Notes under the pieces: model-generated
What the model was told of the DNA's origin: nothing
Database searches by the model: none
What the model saw: only the letters and a program-made list of their open reading frames with translations
Shown: positions 20,710-29,867 of the stretch, piece after piece
Layout: the number at the start of each line of letters is the position of its first letter
Numbering within the stretch: position 1 is the first letter of the stretch
Position numbers and translations under genes: made by a program
Origin: Clostridiales bacterium
GTDB taxonomy: Bacteria; Bacillota; Clostridia; Oscillospirales; CAG-272
DNA length: 64,000 bases
Reading direction: 5' to 3'
Assembly: GCA_021202555.1 (NCBI GenBank)
Contig: JAJQCT010000029.1
Coordinates: 66,287 to 130,286, forward strand

Positions 20710-22389
20710 ATGAAAACGGATATAGAAATCGCTCAGTCGGTTGTGCCGAAGCACATAAGGGAAATTGCCGAGGCGGCGGGAATTCCCGAGGATAATCTTG
20801 AATATTACGGCAAATACAAGGCTAAAATTGCGCTTCCGCTCTCGGGTGACGCGAAAAAATCAAACGGACATCTCGTCCTTGTTACCGCTATAACGCCCAC
20901 CCCTGCGGGCGAAGGCAAAACGACAACGACGATAGGACTCGCCGACGCGCTCTCGCGCATGGGAAAGCACACCGTCGTCGCGCTTCGCGAGCCGTCGCTC
21001 GGTCCCGTATTCGGAATCAAGGGCGGAGCCGCCGGCGGCGGATACGCGCAGGTAATCCCGATGGAGGACATCAATCTTCATTTCACGGGCGATTTCCACG
21101 CTATAGGCGCCGCCAACAACCTGCTCGCGGCAATGCTCGACAATCACATATATCAGGGCAATTCGCTCGGAATCGATCCGCGCAGAATCGTACATAAGCG
21201 CTGTGTTGACATGAACGACAGGCAGCTTCGCGCCGTTGTTGACGGACTTTCGGGACGTGTGAACGGCGTTCCGCGCGAGGATGGCTTTGACATAACCGTC
21301 GCGACGGAAATTATGGCGATTCTTTGCCTTGCGGAGGACATGAATGACCTGAAGGCGCGTCTTTCACGCATGATTGTCGCGTATACATACGCAAACGAGC
21401 CCGTTACGGCGGCGGATCTTCACGCAGTCGGTGCGATGGCAGCTCTGCTTCGCGACGCGATAAAGCCGAATCTGGTCGGCACGCTTGAGGGTACGCCCGC
21501 GATTGTGCATGGGGGACCTTTCGCGAATATCGCGCACGGCTGCAACTCCGTAATCGCGACAAAGACGGCGCTTTCGCTCTCCGAATATACCGTGACGGAG
21601 GCGGGCTTCGGCGCCGATCTCGGAGCGGAGAAATTTTTCGACATAAAGTGCCGCGGGGCGCATCTTGTACCGTCTGCCGTCGTCGTCGTGGCGACCGTCC
21701 GCGCGCTCAAAATGCACGGCGGACTTGCAAAATCCGAGCTTGAGCATGAGGATATGGACGCGCTTTTGGCGGGAATACCGAATCTGCTCCGCCACGTTTC
21801 AAATATAAAGGACGTGTACGGACTGCCAGCAGTCGTGGCTATAAACCGCTTCCCCACCGACACCGACGCGGAAATTGCGTTCATCATGGAAAAATGCAAA
21901 AATCTCGGCGTGAACGCCGTGACATCGACCGTCTGGGCTGACGGCGGCGCGGGAGGCATCGAGCTTGCCCGCGAGGTCGTGAGGCTCTGCGAGGAAAATA
22001 CAAATCCCGCCGAAAGATTCCGCTTCGCGTACTCGGATGATATGAGCATTGAGGAAAAAATTGAGGCGGTCGTCCGCCGCGTTTACGGAGGCGACGGGGT
22101 AAGCATATCACCTGCGGCAAAGACGCAGATTGAAAAGCTTCGCGAATCGGGCTTCGGCTCGCTTCCCGTCTGCATCGCAAAAACGCAGTACAGCTTTTCG
22201 GATGACCCGAAAAAGCTCGGCGCGCCGACGGGCTTCACCGTGAGCGTGAAAAACGTCAAGGTGTCGGCGGGCGCCGGATTTATCGTCGTTTTAACGGGTG
22301 ACATCAACACAATGCCTGGGCTTCCGAAAATTCCCGCCGCCGAGAGCATAGACGTAGGCGAGGACGGAAGAATTGTGGGGCTGTTTTAA
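20710..22389 (+). CDS. fhs: Formate-tetrahydrofolate ligase
   Basis: [16 protein letters not shown]-loop and overall FTHFS layout. ATG 20710 (MKTDIEIAQ) is preferred over the track TTG at 20695. Confidence 0.9.
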   Translation: MKTDIEIAQSVVPKHIREIAEAAGIPEDNLEYYGKYKAKIALPLSGDAKKSNGHLVLVTAITPTPAGEGKTTTTIGLADALSRMGKHTVVALREPSLGPVFGIKGGAAGGGYAQVIPMEDINLHFTGDFHAIGAANNLLAAMLDNHIYQGNSLGIDPRRIVHKRCVDMNDRQLRAVVDGLSGRVNGVPREDGFDITVATEIMAILCLAEDMNDLKARLSRMIVAYTYANEPVTAADLHAVGAMAALLRDAIKPNLVGTLEGTPAIVHGGPFANIAHGCNSVIATKTALSLSEYTVTEAGFGADLGAEKFFDIKCRGAHLVPSAVVVVATVRALKMHGGLAKSELEHEDMDALLAGIPNLLRHVSNIKDVYGLPAVVAINRFPTDTDAEIAFIMEKCKNLGVNAVTSTVWADGGAGGIELAREVVRLCEENTNPAERFRFAYSDDMSIEEKIEAVVRRVYGGDGVSISPAAKTQIEKLRESGFGSLPVCIAKTQYSFSDDPKKLGAPTGFTVSVKNVKVSAGAGFIVVLTGDINTMPGLPKIPAAESIDVGEDGRIVGLF

Positions 22390-22390
22390 A

Positions 22391-22473
22391 GACTTTCCTT
22401 TATGAATCACAGATTCATAAAGGAAGTCTGTTGAATATATGATTCAAAGCGTAGCTTTGAATCATATATTCAC
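22391..22473 (+). repeat. F1 multi-hairpin module, copy A (H2 + H3 only), at the 3' end of the pur-fhs operon
   Basis: GAC-T-TTCCTTTATGAATC ACA GATTCATAAAGGAA-GTC, then G-T-TGAATATATGATTCAAAGC GTA GCTTTGAATCATATATTCA-C. Shares the 17-mer AAGTCTGTTGAATATAT and ATATATTCACG with copy B. Confidence 0.8.
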
Positions 22474-22531
22474 GTATTCACACGTATTCACACATACTCA
22501 CACATATTCGCGCGTATTCACGTATTCGCGC
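22464..22531 (+). repeat. Degenerate tandem decamer repeat (RTATTCRCRC, about 6.5 units)
   Basis: ATATATTCAC GTATTCACAC GTATTCACAC ATACTCACAC ATATTCGCGC GTATTCAC GTATTCGCGC. It extends the right arm of hairpin H3 of copy A. Confidence 0.8.
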
Positions 22532-22551
22532 GGCGGCGCTGTAAATAAAAA

Positions 22552-22580
22552 TTGCTTTCCGGCTCATTTTATAGTATAAT
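22552..22580 (+). promoter_or_regulatory. Sigma70-type promoter of ppa
   Basis: TTGCTT - 17 nt - TATAAT, about 40 nt upstream of the ppa ATG. Confidence 0.5.
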
Positions 22581-22619
22581 ATACATATCAAAATTCCACA
22601 TTTACGGGAGAATATTATC

Positions 22620-23147
22620 ATGAACCTCTGGCACGACGTACCTCGAAAGCATATGAAGCCCGATGATTTCTGGGCTGTCATCGAAATTGAAAAGGGATCG
22701 AAAAACAAATATGAGCTTGACAAGGAAACAGGCGCACTCTACCTTGACCGCATTCTCTACACCTCGACCCACTACCCCGCGAATTACGGATTTCTTCCGC
22801 TCACCCTCGCGCCCGACAACGACCCTCTCGATGTTCTCGTTTTATGCAGCGAGGGGATTCGCCCACTCTCACTCGTGCGCTGCAAACCCATCGGTGTAAT
22901 CGTCATGAATGACGGGGAGAGCGCCGACGAGAAAATCATCGCCGTGCCGTATGAGGACCCGTTTTACAACGATTATAACGACATATCTGAGCTGCCGCCG
23001 CACATAATGGACGAAATGCAGCACTTTTTCACGGTGTACAAAAATCTCGAGCGCAAGCTGCCGACAGTCGTCAAGGACGTTCGCGACAGGTCATACGCGA
23101 TAGAAACCATCGTCGAATCCTTAGCCGAGTACAGCAAATATTATTGA
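22620..23147 (+). CDS. ppa: Inorganic pyrophosphatase, family I
   Basis: 175 aa with EIEKGSKNKYELDKETG, YPANYGFLPLT, DNDPLDVLVL and DEKIIAV. Confidence 0.9.
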   Translation: MNLWHDVPRKHMKPDDFWAVIEIEKGSKNKYELDKETGALYLDRILYTSTHYPANYGFLPLTLAPDNDPLDVLVLCSEGIRPLSLVRCKPIGVIVMNDGESADEKIIAVPYEDPFYNDYNDISELPPHIMDEMQHFFTVYKNLERKLPTVVKDVRDRSYAIETIVESLAEYSKYY

Positions 23148-23292
23148 TGCGACACGCAGTTTGCGTCGCGCATTATGGCAGCGGCACAATGCTTACGGCT
23201 TTTTTTACATTCATCATATTGCATAAACGCCCATCGCGTGAAAAACAAAAATTGTGATTTTATCTGAAATCGCAAAAATTCGCGATTTGCCA

Positions 23293-23323
23293 CTTGAATA
23301 ATTATTCCGAAAGGTATATTATT
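23293..23323. promoter_or_regulatory. ARG box 1 overlapping a candidate argF promoter
   Basis: CTTGAATAATTATTCCGA fits the ArgR/AhrC operator core TGAAT-N4-ATTCA. TTGAAT - 17 nt - TATTAT gives a -35/-10 pair. Confidence 0.55.
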
Positions 23324-23367
23324 TAGTGTATGCGGCTCGCGGGGCTTTTTTGCGGTGTGCCGCGAAA

Positions 23368-23398
23368 CGAATAAATATTCGGTGCGAATAAATATTCA
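23368..23398. promoter_or_regulatory. Tandem ARG boxes 2 and 3
   Basis: CGAATAAATATTCG gtg CGAATAAATATTCA. These are two near-identical ARG-box cores 3 nt apart, about 40 nt upstream of the argF ATG. Confidence 0.6.
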
Positions 23399-23435
23399 TT
23401 CGCTTAAATGCATAATTTTTCATCGGAGGACACAA

Positions 23436-24428
23436 ATGGACAATATAAATCTGAAGGGACGCGACTTTCTTTGCCTGCTCGATTTCACACCCGAGGAAAT
23501 CTCATATCTGCTCGACCTTTCGGCTGATCTGAAGGCAAAGAAAAAGGCGGGAATCCCGCACAGAATACACGAGGGAAAAAATATCGCCCTGATTTTTGAA
23601 AAAACAAGCACTCGCACACGATGCAGCTTTGAGATTGCGGCGCGCGACCTCGGCGCCGGAGTTACATATCTCGACCCCGCAGGCTCCCAGATAGGAAAAA
23701 AGGAATCGATTGCGGACACCGCCCGCGTTCTGTCGTCGATGTTCGACGGAATCGAATACCGCGGCTACGGTCAGTCAATCGTGAACGAGCTTGCCGAATA
23801 TTCCAAGGTCCCCGTATGGAACGGACTTACAAACGAATTTCATCCAACGCAGATTTTAGCGGATTTTCTGACGATTCGCGAGCATTTCGGGCATCTTTCG
23901 GGCATAAAGCTCGTCTATATGGGCGACGCGAGGTACAATATGGGCAACTCCCTCATGGTAGGATGCGCGAAAATGGGGCTTGATTTTGTCGCCTCTTCTC
24001 CAAAAGAATATTTCCCGAACGCAAAGCTCACCGCACGCGCGGAAAAAATCGCCGCTCAGACAGGCGCGACGCTCAGTTTTGAATCCGACCCCATAAAAGC
24101 CGTCAGCGGCGCCGACGTAATTTACACCGACATCTGGGTTTCTATGGGCGAGCCGACGCGGGTATGGGAGGAGCGAATTGAAGCACTCTCGCCCTATCAA
24201 GTCAACATGAAGCTGATGAACGCCGCGGGAGAGGGTGCCGTATTTATGCACTGTCTGCCGTCATATCACGACCTCAAAACCGAAATCGGCGCGGAGATGG
24301 GGAAAAAATTCGGAAGGACAGAGATGGAGGTCACGGACGAGGTCTTTGAATCCGAACGCTCGCTCGTGTTCGAGGAAGCCGAAAACAGAATGCACACAAT
24401 AAAGGCTGTCATGGCGGCGACGCTGTGA
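23436..24428 (+). CDS. argF: Ornithine carbamoyltransferase
   Basis: STRTR, HPTQ, SMG and HCLP motifs. ATG 23436 follows GGAGGA. The track ORF (23355) extends over the ARG boxes. Confidence 0.85.
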   Translation: MDNINLKGRDFLCLLDFTPEEISYLLDLSADLKAKKKAGIPHRIHEGKNIALIFEKTSTRTRCSFEIAARDLGAGVTYLDPAGSQIGKKESIADTARVLSSMFDGIEYRGYGQSIVNELAEYSKVPVWNGLTNEFHPTQILADFLTIREHFGHLSGIKLVYMGDARYNMGNSLMVGCAKMGLDFVASSPKEYFPNAKLTARAEKIAAQTGATLSFESDPIKAVSGADVIYTDIWVSMGEPTRVWEERIEALSPYQVNMKLMNAAGEGAVFMHCLPSYHDLKTEIGAEMGKKFGRTEMEVTDEVFESERSLVFEEAENRMHTIKAVMAATL

Positions 24429-24468
24429 CATTTGAATAAAAATACGTGAAAGGGGTAATTCACCCGAT

Positions 24469-25560
24469 ATGAAACGGTATCTGATACTTTCCGACGGGAC
24501 GGTATACGAGGGGAACGCTCTCGGTCACGACGCTCCCGTAACGGGAGAGCTTGTATTTACGACGGGAATGTGCGGCTACATTGAGACTATGACCGACCCG
24601 AGCTATTACGGGCAGATAGTCATGCAGACGTTCCCGACAATAGGCAATTACGGGATTATCGAAAGCGATTTTGAGGGGAAGCCCGCGCTTTTCGGATATG
24701 TGGTGCGCGAGGCCTGCGAGCATCCGTCGAATTTCCGCTGCGAGTATACGCTCGACGAATTTCTGAAGAAAAACAAAATTCCCGGAATCAGCGGCGTTGA
24801 TACGAGGGATATAACCCGCCGTCTGCGCGACTTCGGCGTAATGAACGCGATGATTTCCGACACGCCTGACGCAGACCTTGATAAAATCGCGAAATACAGC
24901 GTAAACACTGCGGGCGCGCGCTCTGCCGTCATGAGCGTGACATCTGACGCGCCATTTGAAACTCCAGCCTGCGGCGAGGAAAAATTCCTCGTCGTCCTTT
25001 ACGATTTCGGAGAGAAACGCAATATCGCCCGCTCGCTTGCGAAGCGCGGCTGTCGTGTCATAACCGTCCCCGCCGACACAAAGGCGGCGACGGCGCTTTC
25101 ATATAATCCTGACGGCATCATGCTCTCAAACGGTCCCGGCGACCCGTCCGACAACGAGGAAATTATAGCGGAGCTCCGGTGTCTTATGGGAAAGGTGCCG
25201 ATGTTCGGAATCTGCCTCGGTCATCAGCTTCTGGCGCTTGCGGCGGGAGGCAGAACGGTAAAGCTCAAATACGGTCACAGGGGCGTAAATCAGCCCGTCT
25301 ATGATCTTCTTACGGGGCGCACATACATCACCTCGCAGAATCACGGCTACGCCGTCGTCGGCGACAGCGTAAAGCTCGGGCGTCAGCGCTACATTAACGC
25401 AAACGACAAGACGTCGGAGGGAATCGATTACGACGAAATATCGTCGTTTTCCGTGCAGTTTCACCCCGAGGCTTGCTCGGGACCGCTCGACACGGGCTTT
25501 CTTTTCGACAGATTCTGTGACAATATGGCAACGTCGAATTTAACGCATAGGGAGGCATAA
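24469..25560 (+). CDS. carA: Carbamoyl-phosphate synthase small (glutaminase) subunit
   Basis: 363 aa with GICLGHQLL (catalytic Cys) and SVQFHPEA. Confidence 0.9.
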   Translation: MKRYLILSDGTVYEGNALGHDAPVTGELVFTTGMCGYIETMTDPSYYGQIVMQTFPTIGNYGIIESDFEGKPALFGYVVREACEHPSNFRCEYTLDEFLKKNKIPGISGVDTRDITRRLRDFGVMNAMISDTPDADLDKIAKYSVNTAGARSAVMSVTSDAPFETPACGEEKFLVVLYDFGEKRNIARSLAKRGCRVITVPADTKAATALSYNPDGIMLSNGPGDPSDNEEIIAELRCLMGKVPMFGICLGHQLLALAAGGRTVKLKYGHRGVNQPVYDLLTGRTYITSQNHGYAVVGDSVKLGRQRYINANDKTSEGIDYDEISSFSVQFHPEACSGPLDTGFLFDRFCDNMATSNLTHREA

Positions 25561-25564
25561 GGTC

Positions 25565-28500
25565 ATGGCGCAGGATATGAGCATAAAAAAAGTCGTCGTA
25601 ATCGGTTCGGGACCGATCGTCATAGGTCAGGCAGCCGAATTTGACTACGCGGGAACACAGGCGTGCCGCGTGCTTCACGAGGCGGGAGTGAACGTCGTAC
25701 TCGTAAATTCAAATCCCGCGACGATAATGACGGACGCGGCGTTCGCAGACGAAATATACCTTGAGCCGCTCACGGCGGAAACGCTGAAGCGAATCATAAT
25801 AAAGGAAAAGCCGGACAGCCTTCTCGCGGGACTCGGCGGGCAGACGGGACTTACCCTTTCAATGCAGCTCGACCGCGATGGATTTTTAACAAAGCACGGC
25901 GTGCGCCTCATCGGCACGAACGTGGAGGCTATCGACCGCGCGGAAGACCGCAAAATGTTCCGCGACACAATGGAGGAAATAGGCGAGCCCGTCATTCCCT
26001 CTGAAATCGTGACTGACGTCGAGGGAGCGCTTTCTGTCGCCGATGCGATAGGCTATCCCGTAATCGTGCGCCCCGCGTTCACGCTCGGCGGAACCGGCGG
26101 AGGGGTTGCATACAATGCGGACGAGCTTAAAGTCGTCGCTCACGGCGGGCTTGACGCATCTCCGATAACGCAGATTCTCGTTGAAAAATATATATACGGC
26201 TGGAAGGAAATCGAGTTTGAGGTCATGCGCGACGCCGTCGGCAACGCAATAGCGATATGCTCGATGGAAAATGTAGACCCCGTAGGCGTTCACACGGGCG
26301 ACAGCATCGTCGTTGCGCCCGCGCTTACCCTCTCCGACAAGGAATATCAGATGCTCCGCTCGGCGGCGCTCAACATAATATCAGCGCTTGGAATCGTCGG
26401 CGGCTGCAACTGCCAGTTCGCGCTTCATCCGACCAGCTTCGATTACGCCGTAATCGAGGTAAATCCCCGTGTTTCGCGTTCATCGGCGCTCGCCTCGAAG
26501 GCGACGGGCTACCCGATAGCGAAAATCACGACGAAAATCGCGCTCGGCTACACGCTCGACGAGATAACGAACGACATCACTGGAAAAACCTGCGCCTGCT
26601 TCGAGCCTGCAATCGACTATATAGTCGTAAAATTCCCGAAGTGGCCGTTTGACAAATTTGCAGGCGCGTCGCGCACGATAGGTACACAGATGAAGGCGAC
26701 GGGAGAGGTCATGGCGATAGGCTCATCGTTCGAGTCGGCGCTCATGAAGGCGGTGAGAGGCGCGGAAATATCGCTCGATACATTAAACGCGCACCCGCTT
26801 CACCGCGCGCCCGTGAGGGAGCGTCTGCACGAGATAAACGACAGACGCATTTTCACCGTCTTTGAAGCGATAAAAGCAGGCGTGTCGATTGACGAGATAT
26901 TCGATATAACGAAAATTGACCGCTGGTTTTTGTATAAGCTCAAAAATCTCGCGGACTTTGAGGCGTCGATTGCGGACGGAATAAAATGTGAGGACGACTA
27001 TGTGCGCGGCAAATATCTCGGCTACACGGATGCGTCATTGATGTCGCTGTCCGGCATGAAATCGCTTCCGTGGTCGCGGGCGCTGTCGTATAAGATGGTA
27101 GACACCTGCGCCGCCGAATTTGACGCGGAAACGCCGTATTTTTATTCGACCGCAGACAAAGCCTGCGAATCGCGGAATTTCCCGCGTTCGGGAAAGCCCG
27201 TCGTTATAGTCATAGGCTCGGGACCTATACGCATAGGTCAGGGAATCGAATTTGATTATTCCTCCGTCCATTCAGTCTGGTCGCTTCAGAAGCAGGGATA
27301 TGAGGTCGTCATAATCAACAACAACCCCGAAACTGTGTCTACGGATTACGACACGGCGGACAGGCTTTATTTCGAGCCGCTCTGCCCCGAGGACGTGATG
27401 AACATCATAAAGGTCGAGCGCCCTGTCGGCGTCGTTGTGGCGTTTGGCGGTCAGACCGCAATTAAGCTCACCTCATTCCTTGACAGGATGGGAATAAAAA
27501 TTCTCGGCACGTCAGCCGAGGGAATCGACGTTGCGGAGGACCGCGAGAAATTCGACGCGCTGCTTGAGGGAATCGGAATCACGCGTCCGAAGGGAGCCGC
27601 CGTCATGACGACGGAGGAAGCTGTTGCAGCCGCAGAAAATCTCGGATATCCCGTGCTTCTGCGCCCGTCGTATGTCATCGGCGGTCAGAATATGCAGATA
27701 ATACGCACCGAGGACGATGTAAGACGCTACATGGAGCGCATTCTCGAATCGGGAATCGAAAATCCCGTTCTCGTTGACAAATACATGATGGGAACGGAGC
27801 TTGAGGTCGATTGCATTTCCGACGGCAAGGACGTTTTAATCCCCGGAATCATGGAGCATATTGAGCGCTCGGGCGTTCATTCGGGCGATTCGATAGCCGT
27901 TTATCCGCCGTACAGTCTCAGCGACGATATGGTGGAGATAATCTCCGACCGCACGAAAAAGCTTGCGCTCGCGCTCGGCACGAAGGGGCTTGTGAACATA
28001 CAGTATCTCATTTACGAGGGCGAGCTTTACGTAATCGAGGTCAATCCGCGCGCGTCGCGCACAATTCCCTATCTTTCAAAGGTGACGGGAGTTCCGATGG
28101 TTGACATCGCCTCTCGCGTCATGACGGGGCATTCGCTCGCCGAGGCGGGCTACGGCACGGGACTTTACAAAATCCCGCCCTACTACGCCGTCAAGGTCCC
28201 CGTTTTCTCGTTTGAAAAGCTCGACAACGTAAATTCGTATCTCGGACCCGAAATGAAATCGACGGGAGAGGTGCTTGGCATGGGAAAAACGCTCGGCGAG
28301 GCGCTTTTCAAGGGAATTTCCGCATCGGGCGAGCATATTAAAGCGCCGGATCCCGACAGGAAAACGAGAGTTCTCATAAGCGTTGACTATGAGGACAGGC
28401 TTGAAATTATCTCCATTGCGAAAAAGCTCGACGATCTGGGATATAAAATCACCGCGACGGCGATTGCAGCCGAGTCTATTTCGGGGCTTGGAATCGACGT

Positions 28501-29599
28501 GGAGCTTATAGAGGACGTTGCGCGAGATGCGTATTCGATGATTGACGAGAAAACCGTCAGCTTCATCATATACACGGGCGCGCTGCGCAACTCCGAGATG
28601 ACCTCCGAGTACATTTCCCTTCACCGCTTCGCGCTGCGCCATTTCGTTCCCGTCTTTACCTCGCTTGACACGGCGAACACCTTCGCCGATATAATCGCAA
28701 GCGGCTACAGCCAGTCGAACACGGAGCTTGTGGACATCAACCATATGCGCAAGGAAAAGCTCGACATCCGTTTTTACAAAATGCAGGCGGCGGGCGACGA
28801 TTATATCTTTATCGACAACCGCGACGGGAACATAACCTGTCCCGAGTCTCTTGCGGCAAGCCTTTGCAGCCGGCATCTCGGAATCGGCGCGGACGGTCTT
28901 ATTCTCATTGAAAATTCGAGCGTCGCCGACGCGAAAATGCGCGTATTCAACCGCGACGGCTCGGAGGCCGGAATGGCAGGCAACAGCGTGCGCTCTGTCG
29001 GCAAATACATTTACGATATGGGAATTGCGCCGCGCCGCACGGTAACTGTCGAAACGGGCAGCGGCATCAAGGAGCTGAAGCTCTCGACGAGAAACGGCAG
29101 GGTAAATTACGTCGGCGTAAATATGGGCAAGGCAGATCTTTCGGTGAAGAGCCTTCCGACGACGATCGACGCCGACAAAATGATAAATTACCCATTAACG
29201 ATAGGCGGTGTGACATATTACGTGACGTGCGTTTCCGTCGGAAACCCGCACTGCGTAGTGTTCTGCCCGAGCGTCGATGCGGTTGATGTCGCGCGGATAG
29301 GACCTCTGTTTGAGCATTCACCGTATTTCCCCGAGAGGATAAACACGGAATTTGTGCGTGTCGTAAACCGCGGCATGGTAAAAATGCGCGTCTGGGAGCG
29401 CGGAAACGGCGAAACGCCCGCCTGCGGAACGGGCGCCTGTGCCGCCGTTATCGCAGCCGTCGAAAACGGCTACTGCGACCGCGGCGCGGACATTGCAGTG
29501 AAGCTTCGCGGAGGCGATCTCACCGTGAATTATACTGACGAGCGCGTCATTCTTTCGGGCAACACAAAGCTCGTATTCGAGGGGCGGATAACGCTTTAA
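25565..29599 (+). CDS. carB: Carbamoyl-phosphate synthase large subunit fused in frame to a DapF-like (diaminopimelate epimerase fold) domain
   Basis: Residues 1-1060 form a full CarB (two ATP-grasp repeats, GSGPIVIGQAAEFDYAG and GSGPIRIGQGIEFDYS, plus an MGS-like end). No stop follows. Residues 1061-1344 (nt 28745-29599) align with DapF (FYKMQAAGDDYIFID, VGNPHCVVF, NTEFV, WERGNGETPACGTGACAA). Confidence 0.85.
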   Translation: MAQDMSIKKVVVIGSGPIVIGQAAEFDYAGTQACRVLHEAGVNVVLVNSNPATIMTDAAFADEIYLEPLTAETLKRIIIKEKPDSLLAGLGGQTGLTLSMQLDRDGFLTKHGVRLIGTNVEAIDRAEDRKMFRDTMEEIGEPVIPSEIVTDVEGALSVADAIGYPVIVRPAFTLGGTGGGVAYNADELKVVAHGGLDASPITQILVEKYIYGWKEIEFEVMRDAVGNAIAICSMENVDPVGVHTGDSIVVAPALTLSDKEYQMLRSAALNIISALGIVGGCNCQFALHPTSFDYAVIEVNPRVSRSSALASKATGYPIAKITTKIALGYTLDEITNDITGKTCACFEPAIDYIVVKFPKWPFDKFAGASRTIGTQMKATGEVMAIGSSFESALMKAVRGAEISLDTLNAHPLHRAPVRERLHEINDRRIFTVFEAIKAGVSIDEIFDITKIDRWFLYKLKNLADFEASIADGIKCEDDYVRGKYLGYTDASLMSLSGMKSLPWSRALSYKMVDTCAAEFDAETPYFYSTADKACESRNFPRSGKPVVIVIGSGPIRIGQGIEFDYSSVHSVWSLQKQGYEVVIINNNPETVSTDYDTADRLYFEPLCPEDVMNIIKVERPVGVVVAFGGQTAIKLTSFLDRMGIKILGTSAEGIDVAEDREKFDALLEGIGITRPKGAAVMTTEEAVAAAENLGYPVLLRPSYVIGGQNMQIIRTEDDVRRYMERILESGIENPVLVDKYMMGTELEVDCISDGKDVLIPGIMEHIERSGVHSGDSIAVYPPYSLSDDMVEIISDRTKKLALALGTKGLVNIQYLIYEGELYVIEVNPRASRTIPYLSKVTGVPMVDIASRVMTGHSLAEAGYGTGLYKIPPYYAVKVPVFSFEKLDNVNSYLGPEMKSTGEVLGMGKTLGEALFKGISASGEHIKAPDPDRKTRVLISVDYEDRLEIISIAKKLDDLGYKITATAIAAESISGLGIDVELIEDVARDAYSMIDEKTVSFIIYTGALRNSEMTSEYISLHRFALRHFVPVFTSLDTANTFADIIASGYSQSNTELVDINHMRKEKLDIRFYKMQAAGDDYIFIDNRDGNITCPESLAASLCSRHLGIGADGLILIENSSVADAKMRVFNRDGSEAGMAGNSVRSVGKYIYDMGIAPRRTVTVETGSGIKELKLSTRNGRVNYVGVNMGKADLSVKSLPTTIDADKMINYPLTIGGVTYYVTCVSVGNPHCVVFCPSVDAVDVARIGPLFEHSPYFPERINTEFVRVVNRGMVKMRVWERGNGETPACGTGACAAVIAAVENGYCDRGADIAVKLRGGDLTVNYTDERVILSGNTKLVFEGRITL

Positions 29600-29618
29600 A
29601 ATCAGAGCATATTGAAAA

Positions 29619-29653
29619 CCACAGGAACGGATTTTACCGTTCCTGTGGTTTTT
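29619..29653. terminator. Bidirectional rho-independent terminator between carB-dapF and the yolD-like gene
   Basis: CCACAGGAACGG ATTTTA CCGTTCCTGTGG is a perfect 12-bp stem, with an A-run before and a T-run after. Confidence 0.8.
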
Positions 29654-29867
29654 ATGCGCCTTCAAAATCAGATTCATCGCTCACCGCCGCCTCGGTTTTA
29701 TCCTCGTCGGAGGCTTTGACCGCGTCGTCAAAGCCGGAAAGCGCTGCAAACGGCGAAAACTGCGCCGCCCTGTCGCGATTTGACATTTTCGGACGCCACG
29801 ATGACTGCTTATGCGGCAGATACATTATGTCCGCGTATTTTTTCACGTCATTCCCAAGCCTCATCAA
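29652..29867 (-). CDS. YolD-like protein (small partner of Y-family polymerases)
   Basis: 71 aa, 4-nt overlap with the upstream polymerase gene. The SNRDRAAQFSPFAALSGFDDA core resembles YolD/YqzH-type proteins that accompany UmuC/UvrX-like genes in Firmicutes. Confidence 0.6.
   Translation of the reverse strand: MMRLGNDVKKYADIMYLPHKQSSWRPKMSNRDRAAQFSPFAALSGFDDAVKASDEDKTEAAVSDESDFEGA

Noticed and set aside
23355-23435. A 27-codon N-terminal extension of argF.
   Set aside because: It covers ARG boxes 2 and 3. ATG 23436 has a GGAGGA SD and gives the usual OTC N-terminus.
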